Of a stretch of DNA of 26,431 nucleotides, positions 8,496-16,655 are shown piece after piece; the first letter of the stretch is position 1, and every line of letters starts with the position of its first letter. The notes beneath the pieces are model-generated. The model made no database searches, was not told the origin of the DNA, and saw only the letters and a program-made list of their open reading frames with translations. The stretch is from an uncultured Syntrophaceae bacterium (GTDB lineage Bacteria > Desulfobacterota > SM23-61), in assembly GCA_964421095.1 (NCBI GenBank), contig CAYQWO010000007.1, forward strand, positions 1 to 26,431, read 5' to 3'. The position numbers were made by a program, and so were the translations under genes.

Positions 8496-9776
8496 CTACC
8501 GAGGCATCAATAAGTTCGGCAGAAAGAGGGTGTACGCGGGCCAATAGGTGATAATAGCGAGCTGAATCAGGCCTAAGCAGGTAAAAGGAAAGGTCCCCTT
8601 GATGGTCTCCCAGAGGGGAGCCTTACCCACGCCGGAGATGACATAGAGGTTTAACCCAACAGGAGGGGTTTCTAAGGCAAGTTCCATGTTCACCGTCATG
8701 ATGATGCCGAAATGAACCAAGTCAATGCCCAAATAGTTCACAACCGGGATGATGATGGGTAGAGTAATTAACATAATTGAGACGACTTCCAGAAAACAGC
8801 CGAGGATGAGCAGGGAGATATTGACGAAAAGCAGGAACCAGAAAGGCGTAAGTTTCATCTCCACGGCCATCTCCACAAGCCGCTTCGGGATGCCCGCCTC
8901 GGTAAGCCAGTTGCCAAACACAATGGCAGTAGAAATGATGAACATGATCATCCCTGCCGACATCATGGATTCCCCGCTAATGGATACGACCTCCCGTGGT
9001 TTTACCTCCCGGTAAACAAACATGCTGATAGCGATGGCCACCCCCGCACCCAGGGCCGCAGCTTCGGTAACCGTGACAAACCCAGAGTAAATTCCGCCCA
9101 TGATGACGGCAGGCATCGATAGGGCAGGGATAGCTTTCCCTGTCGCCCGAAGGGTTTCTTGCCAGTCGGCCTTAGGGGCACCTCCAATTTTCTTATGTTT
9201 GCAATAAAAATGGATGTAGATCAAGTAAAAGGTAGACTCCATTAAACCGGGCAGCACTCCTGCCAGAAATAGCCGGGGGATGGATTCGTCGGCTAGGATG
9301 CCATAAATGACCAGGGCTATACTAGGAGGGATCATGATGGCTACCGTTCCTGCAGCCGCCACCACTCCCAGAGCAAAAGTGCGGGGGTAGCCGTACTGTA
9401 ACATGGCCGGGATGACGATTACACCGATAGCCAGGGCCGTGGCCACGCTGGAGCCGCATATGGCGCCAAAAATCGTGCAGGCGACAACGGTGACCATGGC
9501 CAGTCCTCCCCACAAGTGCCTGATGTAGCAATCCGTGGCCTGGATGAGATATTTGGATGTTCCCCCCTTGACCATGAACTGGGCGGCCAGGACGAAAAAG
9601 GGGATGGCCATCAGGGGAAACGTGTCGAGGGCGTTGTACATGACCTCGGGAACCATCGAGATGGGAGCGGGGGAGTAAAAGGCAATCATGATCAACGCCG
9701 TGATCCCCAAGACGAAGGCGATGGGGAGTCCCAAGCAGAGCAAACCTAAAAAGATAAGAGCAAGAAATAAGATCAT
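8496..9776 (-). CDS. dctM: TRAP transporter large permease DctM
   Basis: LMAIPFFVLA, GAICGSSVAT, IMIPPSI, LFLAGVLPG, ETPPVGLNLY. Confidence 0.95.
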   Translation of the reverse strand: MILFLALIFLGLLCLGLPIAFVLGITALIMIAFYSPAPISMVPEVMYNALDTFPLMAIPFFVLAAQFMVKGGTSKYLIQATDCYIRHLWGGLAMVTVVACTIFGAICGSSVATALAIGVIVIPAMLQYGYPRTFALGVVAAAGTVAIMIPPSIALVIYGILADESIPRLFLAGVLPGLMESTFYLIYIHFYCKHKKIGGAPKADWQETLRATGKAIPALSMPAVIMGGIYSGFVTVTEAAALGAGVAIAISMFVYREVKPREVVSISGESMMSAGMIMFIISTAIVFGNWLTEAGIPKRLVEMAVEMKLTPFWFLLFVNISLLILGCFLEVVSIMLITLPIIIPVVNYLGIDLVHFGIIMTVNMELALETPPVGLNLYVISGVGKAPLWETIKGTFPFTCLGLIQLAIITYWPAYTLFLPNLLMPR

Positions 9777-10300
9777 GAGATTTTATCCTCCCGGCTCATT
9801 TCGTGAGATTCCAGAATCTGCGAGGGTTGGAACTGAAAAATTAATCGATAAATCCGAAGGACATACCTCAGGGCAACGAGCGTGCAGCCAGCGGCCACCG
9901 ATAGGTAAGGGAGCCAGAGGGGAAATCGCAGGGCCGTCAGGGATCTCTCATCCGTAAGGTAAGCTTGAGTGACAATCCTGTACCCAAATAGGGCGATTAA
10001 TACACAAAAGCCAAAAGCAATGAGCCCATTGAAGAGGGCCAGGATCCGGCGAATTTTCAAGGGGAACCGCTCGACAAGCAGAGTGGCAGCTACATGACCT
10101 TTTTCCTCCGCCAGCGTACTGGCCATGATAAAGACAGCCCAGATGACCATATAAATGACTATTTCATCGGCCCAATCGGGTGGAGATTTAAACAAATACC
10201 GCATAATGACGCCATAAAGAGAGACTATAGTAGCGGAAAAAGCGAGGACCCCAACAATGAACTTCTCCATCCCATTCCATCTTTTCAAAACCTTATTCAC
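9773..10300 (-). CDS. dctQ: TRAP transporter small permease DctQ
   Basis: VIMRYLFKSPPDWADE, GHV, four TM segments; 4-nt overlap with dctM. Confidence 0.92.
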   Translation of the reverse strand: MNKVLKRWNGMEKFIVGVLAFSATIVSLYGVIMRYLFKSPPDWADEIVIYMVIWAVFIMASTLAEEKGHVAATLLVERFPLKIRRILALFNGLIAFGFCVLIALFGYRIVTQAYLTDERSLTALRFPLWLPYLSVAAGCTLVALRYVLRIYRLIFQFQPSQILESHEMSREDKIS

Positions 10301-10320
10301 TTAAGAACCTCCATCGTTTG

Positions 10321-10371
10321 TCCCCTCACCCTTCCCCTCTCCCCAATGGGAAGAGTGAAAAGATGAGGGGA
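10321..10371. repeat. REP-like palindrome between dctP and dctQ
   Basis: TCCCCTCA(10321-28)...TGAGGGGA(10364-71) outer stem with an inner imperfect CTCTCCCC-AAT-GGGAAGAG hairpin. Confidence 0.6.
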
Positions 10372-10385
10372 ATAGTGGTGCGAGA

Positions 10386-11411
10386 CTACATGCCCAGTGC
10401 CTTCTTGGCTAATCTGACCAGTTCCGGGTCGTGTTTGAGGTCCTTGCTCAACCCATCTTGAATCGGGAGGATATGCTGGCGCCATTTGGCCAGCTCCTCG
10501 TCGCTGGGCTCGTAAATTTCCACTCCCTTGCTTTGCATGATCTCTTTGGCTTCCTTCTGCTCGCGCCTGGCGATCTCCCGCTGTTTGGGCACATGCTCGC
10601 CCCAGATTTCCAACATTATCTTCTGTAGGTCTGCTGGAAGACTTTCCCAGAACTTTAAATTCACCAGGGGAATATAATAACCCTGGAAGTTCCGGGTAAA
10701 TATTCCATATTTGACGCCAGCCTCCCAGAGCTTGGCGCTCTCAACGCTCTTGCAAGTTGAGGCCAGCCCATCGACCGCCCCCCCGACTAACGCCATTGGA
10801 ACATCCGGCCAGGCGATAAATACGGCACTTGCCCCCAGAGCTTTAAAGCGCTCTGCGGGAATCGAGCCTCCAGAATGGCGCATCTTTAGACCTTTGAAAT
10901 CCTCTAACTTCGTGATCTTCCGCTTCGTGGTCCAACATTGATCGAAGCCGAGCTCATACCATCGGCCGAGGGCTTTGGCCCCCACCTTCTTTTCCAGCGA
11001 CTTATTTACGAATTTCCCCACCTCTCCATCGACCAGCTCCTCTGTGATTTTAGCGGGCTGTCCCAAGAACATGGGTAGCATGGTCAAGCTCGTGTTGGTG
11101 TCAAATCCCTCCAGTACCCAGTTCCCCGGGATGGCCATTTCCACTGTCCCCGTTCTGAGGGCCTTGGTCACATGGGCATCCTTGTAAAGCTGGGCGCTGT
11201 GGTAAAGTTTGGGAACCAGCCGCCCTCCGGATCTCTTTATCAATTCCGGAATGAATATCTCCAGCCCCATGCACCGGGGATGGTTCGGCACCGTATCCAC
11301 CGAGATCTTGAATTCAAAGGTCTGCGCCCCCGCCTTCTGTTCTCCTCCGAAAAGTAGCCCCAGCATTGCTATTGTCGCCATCGCCAAGATGAATTTTAAA
11401 CTTCTTCTCAT
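10386..11411 (-). CDS. dctP: TRAP transporter substrate-binding protein DctP
   Basis: Signal peptide, EDFKGLKMR with the conserved carboxylate-binding Arg, ALVGGAVDG, KFWESLPADLQ. Confidence 0.93.
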   Translation of the reverse strand: MRRSLKFILAMATIAMLGLLFGGEQKAGAQTFEFKISVDTVPNHPRCMGLEIFIPELIKRSGGRLVPKLYHSAQLYKDAHVTKALRTGTVEMAIPGNWVLEGFDTNTSLTMLPMFLGQPAKITEELVDGEVGKFVNKSLEKKVGAKALGRWYELGFDQCWTTKRKITKLEDFKGLKMRHSGGSIPAERFKALGASAVFIAWPDVPMALVGGAVDGLASTCKSVESAKLWEAGVKYGIFTRNFQGYYIPLVNLKFWESLPADLQKIMLEIWGEHVPKQREIARREQKEAKEIMQSKGVEIYEPSDEELAKWRQHILPIQDGLSKDLKHDPELVRLAKKALGM

Positions 11412-11456
11412 ACCTAAACCCTCCTTTCAGAAAAATCGCGCTGTAATTGCACGAAT

Positions 11457-11485
11457 ATGCTCACATTTTTGAGACAACTTGTCAA
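11457..11485 (-). promoter_or_regulatory. Candidate sigma70 internal promoter for dctP
   Basis: Minus strand TTGACA-N17-GAGCAT with TG at the extended -10 position; the -10 is weak (3/6). Confidence 0.35.
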
Positions 11486-11568
11486 GCGGGTTTCGATACC
11501 GTGCGTTACGGCTTTCCCGAATTATCAGCGATCTCATCCTTCGAGGCCCTGATTGGATCGCCTTGATT

Positions 11569-13131
11569 TCAGACAGGCATTATGCCATGTTTTTTCCAAG
11601 GCCGCTCCTCGATCCGCTTGTTCTCCAACATGAGCAGGGCGTCAATGATCAGGTGACGCGTGTCCTTGGGCTCGATGACCATGTCAATCAGTTGCTTGGA
11701 GGCAGAATAGTAAGGGGTCGAGAAGGTCTCCCGGTAGTATTGACTCTTTTCTTTGCGGAAGGCCTCTGGATCTTTAGCCGTTTTAATCTCTTTCCCATAG
11801 AGGATATTCACCGCTGGCTCAGCACCCATCATGGCCATCTCGGCCGTAGGCCAAACAAGAATTTGATCTGCTCCTGTTTCATGACAGCACATCCCAGGAA
11901 TGGATCCCCCGTAAGCCTTGCGCAGAATACACGTGATCTTGGGCACAGTTGATTCCGACCAGGCATAAAGCATTTTGGCCCCATGACGAATAATGCCCCC
12001 TGATTCCTGCTGAACCCCGGGCATATATCCGGGCACATCGACGAACATGATCAAGGGAATGTTGAAGGCATCGCAAAAGCGGATGAAGCGTGACCCTTTG
12101 TCTGAGGCGTTGATATCAATAGCTCCCGCGAAGACCCTTGGCTGATTGGCTACCACACCCACGGATCGACCTGCCAGGCGGGCAAATCCAATGATCATGT
12201 TCTGGGCATAACGGGGAAAGACTTCTAAAAAATCTCCATTATCGACCACTTCTTTGATCACCAGGCGCATGTCATAAGTCTTTTTTTGATCTGTAGGGAC
12301 AAAATAGGTGAGCTTCTCGCAAAGCCGCTTTGGGTCATCGCCGGTTTCAATCACCGGTGGCTTTTCCCGATTATTCAGGGGGAGATAGGGCAGCAGTTTC
12401 TTTATTAGATCCAGGCAGGCCTTGTCATTTTTGGCCGTAAAATGGGCGATCCCTGAAATGGTGCTATGAATTTTAGCTCCACCCAATTCCTCGAAAGAAA
12501 CCTCTTCCCCCATTACCTCTTTGACCACCGCTGGCCCGGTGATGAACATCTGGCTCGTCCCTTCTACCTGAAAGATAAAGTCCATTAGGGCAGGGGAGTA
12601 GACCCCGCCACCCGTACAAGGGCCCATGATGGCCGCAATCTGCGGAACGACCCCCGAGCTCGTTGTATTCTCAAAGAACATCTCCCCATAACCAGCCACG
12701 TTGTCCATACCCTCTTGCAGTCTCCCCCCGCCTGTATCGTTAAGGCCGATAATCGGAACGCCACTTTTCCTGGCGAGGCGAATGACATTGCAAATTTTTT
12801 GTCCGTGGGCTCGGCCGCAGGAGCCACCGAAGACGGTAGCATCCTGGGAATAGACAAAGACCGGTCGGCCATCGATTTTCCCATAGCCTGTGATTACCCC
12901 GTCTCCCAGGATCTTCTTTTTCTGCATGTCGAACTCGAAGCACTGGGTCTCGGCAAACATGTGAATTTCCCGAAAGGTCCCGGAATCCAGAAGATATTCC
13001 ACCCTTTCCCGGGCCGTCAATTTCCCAGCTTGGCGATGCCGCTCCAGCCTCTCCAAGCCACCTCCCTCCATAGCCAGCTTTTGCTTTTCGTGGAGCAGTT
13101 TGATCCGTTCATCCATTTCATGCTCATTCAT
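11569..13131 (-). CDS. Acyl-CoA carboxylase/decarboxylase carboxyltransferase subunit (PccB/MmdA family)
   Basis: GKLTARER, GDGVITGYG, DTGGGRLQEG, SGVVPQI, MFITGP, DAFNIPL, DVPGYMPG, PWKKHGIMP. Confidence 0.95.
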   Translation of the reverse strand: MNEHEMDERIKLLHEKQKLAMEGGGLERLERHRQAGKLTARERVEYLLDSGTFREIHMFAETQCFEFDMQKKKILGDGVITGYGKIDGRPVFVYSQDATVFGGSCGRAHGQKICNVIRLARKSGVPIIGLNDTGGGRLQEGMDNVAGYGEMFFENTTSSGVVPQIAAIMGPCTGGGVYSPALMDFIFQVEGTSQMFITGPAVVKEVMGEEVSFEELGGAKIHSTISGIAHFTAKNDKACLDLIKKLLPYLPLNNREKPPVIETGDDPKRLCEKLTYFVPTDQKKTYDMRLVIKEVVDNGDFLEVFPRYAQNMIIGFARLAGRSVGVVANQPRVFAGAIDINASDKGSRFIRFCDAFNIPLIMFVDVPGYMPGVQQESGGIIRHGAKMLYAWSESTVPKITCILRKAYGGSIPGMCCHETGADQILVWPTAEMAMMGAEPAVNILYGKEIKTAKDPEAFRKEKSQYYRETFSTPYYSASKQLIDMVIEPKDTRHLIIDALLMLENKRIEERPWKKHGIMPV

Positions 13132-13356
13132 AGAAAATCCTTTCTTCTAAGACTTAAACGTCACTGTCGTGCAAATTCGGTTTTTAGAAAATAGACCCTC
13201 CCATTGTTTTGTGATAAAGTGGTTTCGCCGAAGGAACTACTTCATAAACAGAGGAGAGTCAGTGATAAATAGACTTTGTAACATATTCGGGCAACTCTTA
13301 CAACTCTTTTCCGGAATCGAGTTTCGAAGGGAAAAGATATACAGTCTCCACCCGTA

Positions 13357-13385
13357 TTGACTCCTTTTTTCCAATTTGGTATAGT
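13357..13385 (+). promoter_or_regulatory. Near-consensus sigma70 promoter for the rightward operon
   Basis: TTGACT(13357-62)-N17-TATAGT(13380-85) with extended -10 TG at 13377-78. Confidence 0.65.
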
Positions 13386-13429
13386 CCCACCGAAATTCAG
13401 AACTTAGAACGCCGTTCGAAAAAGGAGGA

Positions 13430-13731
13430 TCATCTCCAAATTAGTTGAGGGCCAAAGAGCTGGTATATTTAAAACGTCCTGTGATTTCAGGGTCCCGGAA
13501 GAAAAGTCATATTGCTTGCAATCATAAGGCACATATCTCTCCCTAACTGTGGCGGGGGTTTCTGCTCTTTCTCCGAAGCTTTCTGATCATGCCCCCGCTG
13601 CGCTTTGCGGATGGCCAGCAGGGAGTTTATGGAGAGGGGATATCCCGCCGATGCTTGCGGCGCAATCTGCCTTTCCTTCCGGGCCCTTGCCAAGCTTTCA
13701 TTAAAAATTTGGTCAACTAATTTGGAGATGA
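13430..13731. mobile_element. 302-bp element bounded by perfect 19-bp inverted repeats (MITE-like, invertible segment or structured leader)
   Basis: TCATCTCCAAATTAGTTGA(13430-48) and TCAACTAATTTGGAGATGA(13713-31), plus nested imperfect inverted repeats; no transposase and no clear target-site duplication. Confidence 0.55.
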
Positions 13732-13767
13732 ATCAAAGAGTATAACTTTCGAGAGGTGGAACGGTAA

Positions 13768-14961
13768 ATGAGCAAGCCATTAGATATGGTGAAGGTACTC
13801 GACCTGACTCAGGCTTGGGCCGGTCCCATCGGGTCAATGCTTTTGGCAGATTTTGGCGCTGAAATCATCAAGGTCGAACCACCGGAAATCGGAGACCACG
13901 TCCGTGCCTGGACTCCTCCAGGCTGCAAGGGAGAGAGCCCCCATTTTTTGGCGGCCAATCGGAACAAGAAGAGCGTAACCCTCAACCTGAAAACTCGGGA
14001 GGGTAAGGAGATTTTTCTGCGGTTAGCCAGAGAAACCGATGTCCTCATGGAGAACTTTCGGCCCGGGGTCATGGAGAAGTTTGGCCTTCATTACAAAGCC
14101 ATCCAACCTATGAATCCACGCGTGATCTATTGCTCCATTTCGGGATTCGGGCAGACGGGGCCATCACGCAATGATGCCGCCTATGACCTCATTGTCCAGG
14201 GAATGGGGGGGGCCATGAGCGTCACTGGAGAAGAGGGAGGTAAGCCTTTGAAGCCCGGTATTGCCCAGGGAGACATCATGGGAGCCTTAGGAGGCACAAT
14301 CGCCATATTGGCAGCTCTATGCGGGCGGTCCCAAACAGGTCAAGGTTGCTACATCGATGTTTCGATGCTTGATATTCAGGTGATGGCCATGGGCCATCAG
14401 ATTGTGAACTATTTGATCAGCGGTAGCATTGCCAAGCCTTTGGGAACATCGCATCCTATTTTGATCCCTTATGAAACCTTTTCCACCAAGACTTTTTCCA
14501 TAAACATTGCGGCCAATACCCCTGGTCATTGGGCTGACCTGTGTTATATCCTGGGACTGCCAGAGTTAATCGATGAGGCGAAGTTCAAAAATGTGGAAGT
14601 CCGCATTCAACATCGGAGGGAACTCATCCCTCTAATGGAACAAGCCTTGCAACGCAAACCCGGGGAGGAATGGATCGCCCTACTCAAAGAAAAGGGGATT
14701 CCCTGTGGACCCATTAACGACGTTTCCATGGTGGTCAAGGAACCCCAGGTTCTCCATCGGGATATGATCATCGAGGTGGAAAATCGGAAGTTAGGCCGAG
14801 TCAAGATCCCGGGAATGCCTCTCCGAGTCTGCGGGATGACCGGAAAAGATCCAGTTACGCCTCCTCCGATGCATGGCGAACATAATGAAGAAATATTATG
14901 CGGTCGGCTGGGATACTCGAAGGAAGAATTAAAGAAGTTTCAAGAGAAAGGGGTCATTTAA
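13768..14961 (+). CDS. Family III (CaiB/BaiF/Frc) CoA-transferase
   Basis: VLDLTQAWAGP, GAEIIKVEP, NRNKKSVTLNLK, ENFRPG, YDLIVQGMGG, catalytic Asp in GDIMGA, PPPMHGEHN. Confidence 0.95.
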   Translation: MSKPLDMVKVLDLTQAWAGPIGSMLLADFGAEIIKVEPPEIGDHVRAWTPPGCKGESPHFLAANRNKKSVTLNLKTREGKEIFLRLARETDVLMENFRPGVMEKFGLHYKAIQPMNPRVIYCSISGFGQTGPSRNDAAYDLIVQGMGGAMSVTGEEGGKPLKPGIAQGDIMGALGGTIAILAALCGRSQTGQGCYIDVSMLDIQVMAMGHQIVNYLISGSIAKPLGTSHPILIPYETFSTKTFSINIAANTPGHWADLCYILGLPELIDEAKFKNVEVRIQHRRELIPLMEQALQRKPGEEWIALLKEKGIPCGPINDVSMVVKEPQVLHRDMIIEVENRKLGRVKIPGMPLRVCGMTGKDPVTPPPMHGEHNEEILCGRLGYSKEELKKFQEKGVI

Positions 14962-15008
14962 TGCCTGGAGCCTGGGAAAGAGCAGTTTAGAACACTGTGG
15001 GGAGAATT

Positions 15009-16613
15009 ATGGAAAAGAAGAAGGAAGAGAGTAAGAAACTTACTGAATCGGGCATTGAAGTAAAGCCTCTCTACAACCAAGAGGATCTCAAGAACTTAGA
15101 TACTTCTCGCGATATTGGGGAACCCGGTGAGTACCCCTATACGAGGGGAATCCATAGAGCGATGTATCGGGATCGATTATGGACGATGAGACAATACTCA
15201 GGATTCGGAACTCCCCGGGATTCCAACCAAAGATATAAATACCTGCTGCAGCAAGGACAAACAGGTTTAAGCGTGGCCCTGGACCTACCCACCCAGATGG
15301 GCTTAGACCCGGATGATCCCATGTCTCTGGGTGAAGTGGGGCGAGTCGGTGTTTGTATAAGTACATTGAAGGATATGGAGACTTTGTTTGATGACCTTTC
15401 TCTGGACAAAGTCACTACCTCCTTTACCATCAATGCTACCGCGGCCATGCTCTTAGCCATGTACCTATGCGTTGCGGAAAAACAGGGAGTTCCCTTTAAT
15501 AAAGTGGGAGGAACCATTCAGAATGATATCCTCAAGGAGTATGTGGCCAGAGGGGCCTGGATTTACCCCCCGGAATTTTCCGTGCGCCTGATTGTGGATA
15601 CGATCGAATACTGTGCGCAACATGTCCCGAGATTCAACTCCATCAGCATTTCCGGGGCTCACTTCCGAGATGCCGGGTGTACAGCAGTTCAGGAAGCGGC
15701 GTTCACCTTAGCCGATGCGCTTGAATATGTCCAGGCAGTTTTGGACCGGGGTATGGATATTGATGATTTTGCCCCGCAGTTGAGCTTCTATTTTTACACC
15801 CATAACAATTTTTTTGAGGAAGTGGCCAAATACCGAGCGATGAGGAAACTCTGGGCCAAATACATGAAGGAGAAGTTTACAGCCAAAAACCCGAGGTCAT
15901 GGTTGTTCCGCTTTGGAGTTGTCTGTGGAGGAAGCACTTTAGTGCCCCAACAGTATGAGATTAATACCATCCGAGTTTCTTATCAAGCTCTGGCCAGTGT
16001 CCTGGGAGGAGTTCAATCCATGTTTACCTGCGCCATGGATGAACCTTTCTCCATTCCTACCGAAGAAACAGCCAGATTAGCTCTAAGGATTCAGCAAGTT
16101 CTTGGTTACGAGACCGGGGTGGCGGATACCGCAGACCCCCTGGGGGGTTCATACTTCGTTGAATCTTTAACCAAAGAGATGGGAGAGAGGATTGAAGAGC
16201 TGATAAGGAGGATCGAAGCGAGAGGGGGTATGATCAAATCGATCAAAGAAGGCTTTATCCAAAAGGAAATCCTCGAAGAAGCTTATAAGAAAGAGAAACG
16301 GATGAGAGCAGGGGAGACGGTGGTCGTAGGTGTCAATCAATTCACCATTGAAGAGGAGGAGAAGGAATACAACCTCCATGAATACAACCCCCAGGTCGCC
16401 AGAGACCAGATCCAGTTGTTGAATCAATTGAGGAGGACAAGAGATAAAGAGAAAGTAAAAAGGGACATAGAACGGCTGAGAGCCGCCGGAAGAAATAATG
16501 AGAATCTAATGCCTTACCTCATAGAAGCGTTTAGGGACTACGTCAGTTTAGGGGAGGTCTGCCAGGTCTTTAAGGAAGAATTTGGAATTTTCGAGCAGCC
16601 TACCGTTATCTGA
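15009..16613 (+). CDS. Acyl-CoA mutase large subunit, MCM family, atypical active site (mutase 2)
   Basis: PGEYPYTRG, WTMRQYSGF, GLSVALDLPTQMG, GTIQNDILKEYVARG, SISGAHFRDAG, DPLGGSYFVESLT; ATG 15009 follows GGAG. Confidence 0.95.
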   Translation: MEKKKEESKKLTESGIEVKPLYNQEDLKNLDTSRDIGEPGEYPYTRGIHRAMYRDRLWTMRQYSGFGTPRDSNQRYKYLLQQGQTGLSVALDLPTQMGLDPDDPMSLGEVGRVGVCISTLKDMETLFDDLSLDKVTTSFTINATAAMLLAMYLCVAEKQGVPFNKVGGTIQNDILKEYVARGAWIYPPEFSVRLIVDTIEYCAQHVPRFNSISISGAHFRDAGCTAVQEAAFTLADALEYVQAVLDRGMDIDDFAPQLSFYFYTHNNFFEEVAKYRAMRKLWAKYMKEKFTAKNPRSWLFRFGVVCGGSTLVPQQYEINTIRVSYQALASVLGGVQSMFTCAMDEPFSIPTEETARLALRIQQVLGYETGVADTADPLGGSYFVESLTKEMGERIEELIRRIEARGGMIKSIKEGFIQKEILEEAYKKEKRMRAGETVVVGVNQFTIEEEEKEYNLHEYNPQVARDQIQLLNQLRRTRDKEKVKRDIERLRAAGRNNENLMPYLIEAFRDYVSLGEVCQVFKEEFGIFEQPTVI

Positions 16614-16655
16614 TCTGAGCTTCTGATTTCAGAAATTAAGGGAGAATCGTTCATC

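Noticed and set aside
8443-8544. N-terminal extension of the MFS ORF
   Set aside because: It overlaps the dctM 3' end and precedes the first TM helix; ATG 8442 is preferred.
11479-13194. + strand ORFs of 157 and 159 aa, and other short ORFs in the track
   Set aside because: Antisense or alternate-frame shadows of well-supported genes.
13487-13693. 68-aa ORF inside the inverted-repeat element
   Set aside because: No RBS, no transposase or recombinase motifs, and it lies within a palindromic sequence.
13390-13767. Cobalamin riboswitch in the long leader
   Set aside because: No B12-box or GCCACTG/GGGAA core motifs were seen on either strand.
325-16613. Calling the mutases mutA/mutB/scpA, icm or hcm
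   Set aside because: Tyr89/Arg207 equivalents exclude ICM/HCM-type specificity, and the other pocket residues depart from MCM, so no symbol was assigned.
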